From Allomuricauda sp. (lineage in GTDB: Bacteria > Bacteroidota > Bacteroidia > Flavobacteriales > Flavobacteriaceae): a stretch of DNA of 64,000 nucleotides. Positions 56,745-63,914 of the stretch are shown in pieces (within the stretch, counting starts at the first letter, position 1; every line of letters starts with the position of its first letter). Made by a program: the position numbers and the translations under genes. The notes under the pieces were generated by a model. That model worked only from the letters and a program-made list of their open reading frames with translations. It searched no databases and was not told where the DNA came from. The stretch spans positions 953 to 64,952 of the forward strand of contig JBNLBG010000006.1 in assembly GCA_050303195.1 (NCBI GenBank), read 5' to 3'.

Positions 56745-57122
56745 ATGAAAATTAGAATAAAAGGAAATTCGATTCGATATAGATTGACCAAGACTGAGGT
56801 GGAAACCTTTTCCAAAACAGGGTCGTACCAGGAAACTACCGATTTTGGAAACAATGTGTTCACCTACGTACTAAAAGCAAAAAAAGGCATTGATACTTTG
56901 GAGGCGTCTTTTGAGGAAAATACGATAACACTATATCTTTCCGACAAGGAACAGTCTGATTGGGCAATATCGGACAGGGTTGGTTTCAATAACACGATGG
57001 ACTTACCCAATGGAAAGCAACTTTCACTGCTTCTGGAAAAAGACTTTGTATGTTTAGATGAGACCATCGAAGATCAATCGGACAATTATCCAAACCCAAG
57101 AACCGACACCAACGCTTGCTAA
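56745..57122 (+). CDS. hypothetical protein (125 aa)
   Basis: Follows the kinase gene by 11 nt. No recognisable motif. Acidic C-terminal half. Confidence 0.5.
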   Translation: MKIRIKGNSIRYRLTKTEVETFSKTGSYQETTDFGNNVFTYVLKAKKGIDTLEASFEENTITLYLSDKEQSDWAISDRVGFNNTMDLPNGKQLSLLLEKDFVCLDETIEDQSDNYPNPRTDTNAC

Positions 57123-57195
57123 TCTTCAAAAGTTTAATGGGTATCATCTAACCATCAAGAATCTCAAAAGGAAAAATTGATATTGGTAAATAGCA

Positions 57196-57627
57196 CTACA
57201 ATGGAAAAAATTCCTCAATATCCTGTTTTCCTTCGATCAAATCCAAAATGGTTGTGCTTTCAAGCACGTTGATAAACTTGGATTTATTGGAACCTACAAG
57301 TTTGTGAAGTACACAAGGATGGTTCATATCACAATCCTTAATGCCCATGACACATGAGTTGACGCGTTTCTCCCCATCAATGACCTTAACAATATCCATT
57401 AATGTTCGTTGTCGATCATTTTCACTTAAATAGAACCCTCCCCGCGGCCCTCTAATAGACGAAATAATACCATGTCGGGATAATTCTTGCAGTAATTTGG
57501 CCAAATAAGCTTCGGGAACATGCACTACCTCAAATATATCCCTGACCATGATTTTATGGTTCCTGTCGGAGTTCAATGCTAAATAGAGCACCCCTTTAAT
57601 GGCATATTTGGATGAATTGGAAAGCAT
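57196..57627 (-). CDS. Rrf2 family transcriptional regulator with a three-Cys cluster motif (NsrR/IscR-like)
   Basis: I chose the ATG at 57627 (MLSNSSKYAIKGVLYLA...). A winged HTH, then C-x6-C-x5-C (CVMGIKDCDMNHPC). Confidence 0.8.
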   Translation of the reverse strand: MLSNSSKYAIKGVLYLALNSDRNHKIMVRDIFEVVHVPEAYLAKLLQELSRHGIISSIRGPRGGFYLSENDRQRTLMDIVKVIDGEKRVNSCVMGIKDCDMNHPCVLHKLVGSNKSKFINVLESTTILDLIEGKQDIEEFFPL

Positions 57628-57673
57628 GATAGTTTTATCACAACAAAGATTAAAAGACATTTTTATCCTTTTT

Positions 57674-57687
57674 ATGATTTATATCAT
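57674..57687. promoter_or_regulatory. FNR-type box ATGATTTATATCAT upstream of the cytochrome c-fasciclin-nosZ operon
   Basis: TGAT-N4-ATCA. Centre 57680.5 lies 29.5 nt from a perfect -7 element TACTTTTG (57710-57717), 26 nt before the ATG at 57744. On the other side AATCTTTG (57651-57644, minus strand) sits at the same 29.5-nt distance towards the Rrf2 gene. Confidence 0.6.
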
Positions 57688-57743
57688 GTTATAGGTTTGG
57701 GCCGCTACATACTTTTGGGGCATAATTTTTAACCAATTATGTC

Positions 57744-58256
57744 ATGAAAACAACAATAAAAGGAATAGCCCTTCTCTTTGCCCTCATCATCATGGGGTGT
57801 GGAGGAAAGAAAGAGGAAAAAAAAGAGGAAGGCTTCAGCGTACAACGGAAAAAAGCCAAAACGGAACAGCCCGCAGAGACAAACACCTCCGATGAAGTGA
57901 AGGCTTCCGAGCGTGTTGATATGACCACTAAAGGGGTCGGTCCCGTCACGTCTGTTGAATTGGCACCGGAAATTGACCAAGCATTGGCGACCAACGGAAA
58001 AGAAGTCTATGACCAAATGTGCTTGGCCTGCCATAGAATTGACAAAAAATTCATAGGACCACCACCAAATGGGGTTTTGGAAAGAAGAACTCCGGAATGG
58101 GTCATGAACATGATCTTGAACCCCCAAGAAATGGTGCAACAAGATCCTTTGGCGAAAGACCTGCTCCAAGAGTTCAACGGATCACCTATGTCCAATCAAG
58201 GCTTGACCGAAGATCAAGCCCGAGCTATTCTTGAATATTTTAGAACCTTAAAATAA
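57744..58256 (+). CDS. c-type cytochrome lipoprotein (mono-haem)
   Basis: 170 aa. Lipobox IIMGCGG, haem motif CLACH, and a distal Met region PMSNQGL. Confidence 0.85.
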   Translation: MKTTIKGIALLFALIIMGCGGKKEEKKEEGFSVQRKKAKTEQPAETNTSDEVKASERVDMTTKGVGPVTSVELAPEIDQALATNGKEVYDQMCLACHRIDKKFIGPPPNGVLERRTPEWVMNMILNPQEMVQQDPLAKDLLQEFNGSPMSNQGLTEDQARAILEYFRTLK

Positions 58257-58262
58257 ATCCGT

Positions 58263-58844
58263 ATGACATCCACCATTAAACTCAGTATGATGGGGTTATT
58301 CTTACTGTTTGCACTAAACACGAGCTGTAAGAACGGACCCAAAAACGAACCCACTACTTCGGACCAAAATACATCCGAGACTACTATGGAATACAATAAA
58401 GGACAGGCCTTTATTGAAGATGATGAATCCACCCCTAATGTATTACAGATTGCCATTGGATCACCGGACCACAGCACTTTGGTCGCTGCCGTGCAGGCCG
58501 CTCAATTGGAAAATGTTTTGGTAAATGCTGGGCCGTTAATGGTTTTTGCGCCTACCAATGATGCCTTTGGTGCCCTGCCCGAAGGAACTGTGGAAGACTT
58601 ATTGAAACCTGAGAACAAGGATGCTCTCGCAAACATCCTCAAGTACCATGTAACTCCCGGCAACTATTCCAAGGAATTTTTGAAAAATTTTAAAAAGCTG
58701 GGACAGGCCAATGATCAAAGCGTGTCCGTTGAAGTCAAGGGCGATGATGTCTTTGTTGGAGGGGCCAAAATTATGGCCAGTGTACCAGCCGGGAACGGTA
58801 TTGTCCATGTGGTGGACAAAGTCATCCTACCCCCTACTCAATAA
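58263..58844 (+). CDS. fasciclin (FAS1) domain lipoprotein
   Basis: 193 aa. Lipobox LNTSCK. TLVAAVQAAQLENVL, VFAPTNDAFGALPEGTVEDLL, LKYHV and NGIVHVVDKVILP are FAS1 H1/H2/YH motifs. Confidence 0.85.
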   Translation: MTSTIKLSMMGLFLLFALNTSCKNGPKNEPTTSDQNTSETTMEYNKGQAFIEDDESTPNVLQIAIGSPDHSTLVAAVQAAQLENVLVNAGPLMVFAPTNDAFGALPEGTVEDLLKPENKDALANILKYHVTPGNYSKEFLKNFKKLGQANDQSVSVEVKGDDVFVGGAKIMASVPAGNGIVHVVDKVILPPTQ

Positions 58845-58875
58845 CTAATACTAAAAACGAATAAATCCTAAAACA

Positions 58876-60828
58876 ATGAAAATCTATAATCATTTTATGA
58901 TGTCCATAGGAGCAGTGCTGATGCTGGTTTCCTGTGGTCAGCAAAATCAAAGCTCCAACGGGGCCCTGTCGTCCAGTGCCGCCGAAAAAGTGTATGTTGC
59001 CCCAGGCGAACAAGACGAATATTATGCCTTCCTATCCGGAGGATATAGCGGAAACCTCACGGTTTATGGTCTGCCTTCAGGAAGGATGTTTAAAGAGATT
59101 CCTGTATTCTCCCAATTCCCAACCTCCGGTTACGGTTATTCCGAAGAAACCAAGCCCATGTTGAACACTTCCCACGGATTTGTGCCATGGGACGATGCCC
59201 ACCACCCCGATATCTCCCAGACCAATGGAGAATTGGATGGACGGTGGATATTTATCAATGGTAACAACACACCAAGGATTGCCCGTATTGATTTGAGTAC
59301 TTTTGAAACTGAAGAAATCATCGAAGTGCCCAACAGTGCCGGTAACCACAGTTCCTCTTTCATTACAGAAAACACCGAATATGTAGTGGCGGGTACCCGA
59401 TTTTCCGTTCCTATTCCACAAAGGGACATGCCCATAAATGAATACAAGAGCAACTTTAAAGGATCCCTGTCCTTTATCAGTGTGGATCCAGAAAACGGGC
59501 ACATGGACTTGAAATTTCAATTGTTAATGCCCGGGTTCAACTATGATTTATCGCACCCAGGTAGGGATAAATCCCACGGATGGTTCTTCTTTACCACCTA
59601 TAACACTGAGGAAGCGCACACTTTACAAGAAGTGAATGCCTCACAAAACGACAAGGATTTTATCGCTGCGGTAAACTGGAAGAAAATTGAGGAGTATGTA
59701 AATAATGGTGGAGGCACCAAAATGCCCGCCAATTATGCACACAATGTGTATGATGAAGGCTCGCATACAGCAACCACCACTATGAAAAAAGAGGTGTTGA
59801 CCGTAGATCCTTTAAAGGTTCCCGGTGCTGTATATTTTTTACCAACGCCAAAATCACCACACGGTTGTGATGTGGACCCCACTGGGCAGTACATTATTGG
59901 AAATGGTAAACTTTCCGCCGACTTGACGGTACACTCTTTTGATAAGATGATAGCCGCCATTGAAGGTGAAAAATTTGATGGTGAAGCCTACGGTATTCCC
60001 ATTCTTAAATTCGAAGATGTATTGGCCGGACAGGTAAAAAGTGGAGGCCTTGGCCCATTACACACAGAGTTTGACGGTAAAGGCAATGCCTATACCACTT
60101 TCTTCATCTCTTCGGAAGTAGTAAAATGGAAATTGGGCACCTGGGAGGTGCTTGACAGAAAACCTACCTATTATTCCGTGGGACACTTAATGATTCCTGG
60201 AGGTAACTCAAGAAAGCCTTTCGGAAAATATGTGGTGGCCATGAACAAGATCACCAAGGATCGTTATTTACCCACAGGACCCGAGATGGAACACTCTGCA
60301 CAGATCTATGACATCTCCGGAGATAAAATGGAACTGATCTATGATTTCCCAACACATGGTGAACCACACTACGCTGCAGGTTGCCCTGCCGAACTGCTCG
60401 CTCCAAAATCACAGAAAATCTATCGGTTGGATGAGAACAAACACCCTTATGCCGTAACCTCACCCACCGGTTCCAAAGTGGTTCGCGAAGGAAACGAGGT
60501 GCATGTGTATATGTCCACTATCAGAAGCCACTTTACCCCAGATAATATTGAGGGCATTAAAGTGGGCGATAAGGTATATTTCCACATCACCAACCATGAG
60601 CAAGATTTTGATGTACCTCATGGCTTTGCAATGATAGGACAGAACACCTCCGAACTTTTGATCATGCCCGGACAGACCAAGACCTCGGTTTGGGAACCTA
60701 AGCAAGTGGGTGTATGGCCGTTCTACTGTACTGATTTCTGCTCTGCTCTGCACCAAGAAATGCAAGGATATGTCAGGGTTTCCCCTGCCAATTCCAATGT
60801 AGAACTGAAATGGTCACTTGGTGAGTAA
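58876..60828 (+). CDS. nosZ: Sec-dependent (clade II) nitrous-oxide reductase
   Basis: 650 aa. Sec/lipoprotein-type signal (LMLVSCGQ) with no twin-arginine. A His-rich beta-propeller and the CuA motif CTDFCSALHQEM. Confidence 0.95.
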   Translation: MKIYNHFMMSIGAVLMLVSCGQQNQSSNGALSSSAAEKVYVAPGEQDEYYAFLSGGYSGNLTVYGLPSGRMFKEIPVFSQFPTSGYGYSEETKPMLNTSHGFVPWDDAHHPDISQTNGELDGRWIFINGNNTPRIARIDLSTFETEEIIEVPNSAGNHSSSFITENTEYVVAGTRFSVPIPQRDMPINEYKSNFKGSLSFISVDPENGHMDLKFQLLMPGFNYDLSHPGRDKSHGWFFFTTYNTEEAHTLQEVNASQNDKDFIAAVNWKKIEEYVNNGGGTKMPANYAHNVYDEGSHTATTTMKKEVLTVDPLKVPGAVYFLPTPKSPHGCDVDPTGQYIIGNGKLSADLTVHSFDKMIAAIEGEKFDGEAYGIPILKFEDVLAGQVKSGGLGPLHTEFDGKGNAYTTFFISSEVVKWKLGTWEVLDRKPTYYSVGHLMIPGGNSRKPFGKYVVAMNKITKDRYLPTGPEMEHSAQIYDISGDKMELIYDFPTHGEPHYAAGCPAELLAPKSQKIYRLDENKHPYAVTSPTGSKVVREGNEVHVYMSTIRSHFTPDNIEGIKVGDKVYFHITNHEQDFDVPHGFAMIGQNTSELLIMPGQTKTSVWEPKQVGVWPFYCTDFCSALHQEMQGYVRVSPANSNVELKWSLGE

Positions 60829-60852
60829 TTCGGATTGAATCACCATTAACTA

Positions 60853-60889
60853 AAGCGGGCCGTCTTCATGACCTGCCCGCTTTTCTTTT
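60853..60889 (+). terminator. Rho-independent terminator/attenuator directly after nosZ
   Basis: 8-bp stem aagcgggc (60853-60860) / gcccgctt (60875-60882), 14-nt loop, then a ttttctttt tail. Confidence 0.7.
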
Positions 60890-60894
60890 ACAAA

Positions 60895-60908
60895 TTGAAG
60901 TATATCAA
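60895..60908. promoter_or_regulatory. near-consensus FNR box TTGAAGTATATCAA upstream of the nos accessory genes
   Basis: 9 of 10 matches to TTGAT-N4-ATCAA, centre 60901.5. The candidate -7 elements TCAGTTTG (60927-60934) and TAACTTAT (60935-60942) lie at 25.5 and 33.5 nt, not the 29.5 nt seen elsewhere. Confidence 0.5.
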
Positions 60909-60954
60909 CCCTTCTAAAAACCACTCTCAGTTTGTAACTTATAAATCTAAAAAA

Positions 60955-61566
60955 ATGAAAAAGGCTAGTATTTTAATGATAGTTGGCCCCCTCTTCTTAA
61001 TGGGATTGTACATCTTTCCGCTTTGGAATATCATGTTGGGAGCACCTCAATATCCTGATCCTTTGGGTTTGAACATCCATATCAATGGTCTTAAAGGTGT
61101 CAGCGAGTTTGACATTCAAAACATAGATGGCCTAAACCACTATATTGGGATGCAAACGCTTCCAAAAGTTGAAGACATGTGGGAGTTTGGAGCATTCCCT
61201 ATGATCATAGGAATTATGGTGGCCATTGGAGTTTTCATTGGATTTTTGGGGTACTTTAACAAAGTAAGCTATAAATGGTTTTTGGGTTGGTTTGCACTCA
61301 TGTCCATCATGGGCATATTGGGCATGTACGATTTCAATCAATGGATGGTAGACTATGGTACCAATCTTGATCCAAACGCCATTATAAAATTGACCAACCC
61401 CGATGGATCATCGATGACCTACAAACCTCCATTATTGGGTCATGTAAAAATGCTGAACTTTGATGTCACCTCGTTACCATCATCCGGAGCCTGGCTTATG
61501 TTTGTGGGTATGATGCTCACCTTGACCGGTGGTTTTTTGGGTTGGAAAAATGCTAAAAAACAATAA
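60955..61566 (+). CDS. four-TM membrane protein of the nos cluster (NosB-like by position)
   Basis: I chose the ATG at 60955 (MKKASILMIVGPLFLMGLYIF...); the track start at 60868 lies inside the terminator hairpin. Four hydrophobic helices with a periplasmic loop. The assignment rests on synteny only. Confidence 0.5.
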   Translation: MKKASILMIVGPLFLMGLYIFPLWNIMLGAPQYPDPLGLNIHINGLKGVSEFDIQNIDGLNHYIGMQTLPKVEDMWEFGAFPMIIGIMVAIGVFIGFLGYFNKVSYKWFLGWFALMSIMGILGMYDFNQWMVDYGTNLDPNAIIKLTNPDGSSMTYKPPLLGHVKMLNFDVTSLPSSGAWLMFVGMMLTLTGGFLGWKNAKKQ

Positions 61567-61577
61567 TCCCTATCCTT

Positions 61578-62012
61578 ATGAAACACCTTACTATACCCTT
61601 ATTTATTGTTTTCTGTTCAACTATTGGATGCTCCATAAGTCCCAAACCCATTGATTATGGCCATGTGGGCTGCCACTATTGCAGCATGACCATTGTAGAC
61701 AAACAACATGCCGCGCAATTGGTCACACAAAAAGGCAAGGTTTTCAATTTTGACGCGGTTGAATGTATGATGAACCAATTGAAAGATGAGGACGAATCTA
61801 CCATAGCCCTATTTTTAGTAAACGACTTTGACCAACCCGGAGTCTTGGTCGATGCTACAAGAGCCACCTATTTAATCAGTGAAAACATCCCCAGTCCCAT
61901 GGGTGAATATCTAAGCGCCTTTACCAATGAAGAAGCTGCAAAGGAAACTATGGTCAAGCATGGTGGCGAACTTTTTACATGGGAGGAAATTAATAAACGA
62001 TTTAAACTTTAA
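61578..62012 (+). CDS. nosL: NosL family copper chaperone lipoprotein
   Basis: 144 aa. Lipobox STIGCS and the CHYCSM metal motif. The C-terminal SPMGEYLSAF is typical of NosL. Confidence 0.85.
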   Translation: MKHLTIPLFIVFCSTIGCSISPKPIDYGHVGCHYCSMTIVDKQHAAQLVTQKGKVFNFDAVECMMNQLKDEDESTIALFLVNDFDQPGVLVDATRATYLISENIPSPMGEYLSAFTNEEAAKETMVKHGGELFTWEEINKRFKL

Positions 62013-62014
62013 AC

Positions 62015-62482
62015 ATGAGCATGATTGCAGATTTGGAACCCGTAAAATGTAACGGCCTTTTGGCAGACAATTATGTGGGACACTTGGCCTACATTGCCGA
62101 CAATGAACCGCATGTGATACCCTCAACCTATTTTTTTGATGAGGAGCAAAAGTGTATCTTGTGTTTCGCTTCCGACGGGCACCGGATAAACGCTCTTAGA
62201 AAATGTAATAAAATTTCTTTACAAGTCGATAGTATTCAGTCGTTTCGCCATTGGCAATCGGTACAAGTGCATGGTACTTTTCAAGAGCTTACTGGAGATT
62301 GTGCCAAGCAAGGTCTAAAACGTTTTGCGGACGGCGTACAGCAAACCATAGACAATAAAAATGCCGAACGCCCCCATTTTTTAAGTCATTTTTCCGGTAG
62401 GTTGCAAGAAACGGAAATGCCAGTGGTGTATCGTATTGCAGTGACCAAAATAACAGGAAAATCCGTAGAGGATTTTACGTAA
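62015..62482 (+). CDS. pyridoxamine 5'-phosphate oxidase-like (split-barrel flavin-binding) family protein
   Basis: 155 aa. LLADNYVGHLAYIADNEPHVIPSTYFFDE...ILCFASDGHRINALRK fits the PNPOx/general stress protein 26-like split barrel. No signal peptide. Confidence 0.6.
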   Translation: MSMIADLEPVKCNGLLADNYVGHLAYIADNEPHVIPSTYFFDEEQKCILCFASDGHRINALRKCNKISLQVDSIQSFRHWQSVQVHGTFQELTGDCAKQGLKRFADGVQQTIDNKNAERPHFLSHFSGRLQETEMPVVYRIAVTKITGKSVEDFT

Positions 62483-62663
62483 ATCTGATAAAATGGAAAT
62501 TAAGAAAGAAAAGTTTCAAATTTTTTTTGCTGTCGTTTATGGAGGGGGTTCATCCCCGTTTTTTCTTGATTCCCAAAAAAAGAAATTATGACTCTCGGCA
62601 TGGCACCAGTATTTCGGTCTTGTTTATATTGGTAAAATTTAGTGCGCGAAGTACAGGTATATT

Positions 62664-63914
62664 ATGAGATTCAATTTACAACATATAAAATGTATTCTAG
62701 GATTCGCTTTTTTGATGGGACTTCAAATAGGATGGGCAAACACTTGGACCATTTGCAATACCTGTGAAAACAGTTCCATTAAGGAAACCATTCTACGCGC
62801 TGCTCCCCACGACACCCTTTTGATTGAAAAAGGCACCTACAAAGAATTTGAAATATTGGTGGATAAACCTTTGGTCATCAAAGGCAAAGGCTACCCCATT
62901 GTGGACGGGGAAAAGAAAGGGGAAATCTTCAAGGTCACATCGGACAATGTTACTTTGGATGGACTTTTCATTATCAATGTAGGGGTAAGCTATACCAAGG
63001 ACAATGCAGCTATTCGAGTAACACAGAGTAAAAATTTTCTCATCCAAAATATGGTATTGGAACAGTTGTTTTTTGGTATCTACTTGGAAAAATCGTCCCA
63101 TGGCAAGGTGTACCACAATAGGATCATTGGGGAGGCCGTGGACGAATACAATTCTGGCAACGGTATTCAACTTTGGTATTCTTCGGATGTAGAAGTGAGT
63201 AAAAACCATGTACAAGGTACTCGGGATGGCATCTACTTGGAATTTTCGGACCAAATCACCATTACTGATAATGTAAGTATGGGCAATCTTCGATACGGGC
63301 TGCATTTTATGTTCTCAAATAATGATGTCTACACCAACAATACCTTTGAAAATAATGGGGCGGGAGTTGCTGTGATGTTCTCCAAGTTTATCACCATGAA
63401 AAACAATACATTTCGCAAAAATTGGGGAACAGCGGCTTATGGGATGCTGCTAAAGGAAATCAATGATGCGGAAATCAGTGGGAACACCTTTGAGGAAAAT
63501 ACCATCGGTATCAATATCGAGGGGTCTAACCGAATCAAATATATAAATAACGACTTTATCGGCAACGGTTGGGCCATTCGTGTGATCGGAGCCTGCTATA
63601 CCAACAGTTTTAAAGGCAACAATTTCTTGTACAATTCTTTTGACATCTCCTATAACAGCAAATTGAACGATAATGTATTTGAAGGGAATTTTTGGAGCAG
63701 TTATACGGGTTATGATCTGGATAAGAATGGTATTGGCGATGTACCCTATCGACCTGTAAAATTATTTTCCTATGTGGTGAACCGTACTCCCGAAACCATT
63801 GTCCTGCTGCGAAGCCTGTTTATGGATATCATTGATTTCTCCGAACGGGTCTCTCCTGTTTTCACGCCTGATAATTTAAAAGATGCCCAACCTTTAATGA
63901 AAATACGATCATGA
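62664..63914 (+). CDS. nosD: nitrous oxide reductase maturation protein NosD (periplasmic right-handed beta-helix)
   Basis: 416 aa. Signal peptide, repeated parallel beta-helix units (NGIQLWYSSDVEVSKN, DGIYLEFSDQITITDN, YGLHFMFSNNDVYTNN ...) and the C-terminal GIGDVPYRP. Confidence 0.9.
   Translation: MRFNLQHIKCILGFAFLMGLQIGWANTWTICNTCENSSIKETILRAAPHDTLLIEKGTYKEFEILVDKPLVIKGKGYPIVDGEKKGEIFKVTSDNVTLDGLFIINVGVSYTKDNAAIRVTQSKNFLIQNMVLEQLFFGIYLEKSSHGKVYHNRIIGEAVDEYNSGNGIQLWYSSDVEVSKNHVQGTRDGIYLEFSDQITITDNVSMGNLRYGLHFMFSNNDVYTNNTFENNGAGVAVMFSKFITMKNNTFRKNWGTAAYGMLLKEINDAEISGNTFEENTIGINIEGSNRIKYINNDFIGNGWAIRVIGACYTNSFKGNNFLYNSFDISYNSKLNDNVFEGNFWSSYTGYDLDKNGIGDVPYRPVKLFSYVVNRTPETIVLLRSLFMDIIDFSERVSPVFTPDNLKDAQPLMKIRS

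Noticed and set aside
57729-58169. 146-aa minus-strand ORF (and the 85-aa ORF at 57737..57994) overlapping the cytochrome c gene
   Set aside because: It is entirely antisense to a plus-strand ORF that has a lipobox and a CLACH haem motif. Its low-complexity, His/Phe-rich translation is typical of a shadow frame.
60868-60954. Long N-terminal extension of the post-nosZ membrane protein ORF
   Set aside because: The extension would begin inside the nosZ terminator hairpin and run across the FNR-type box. The ATG at 60955 gives a normal MKK-plus-TM N-terminus.
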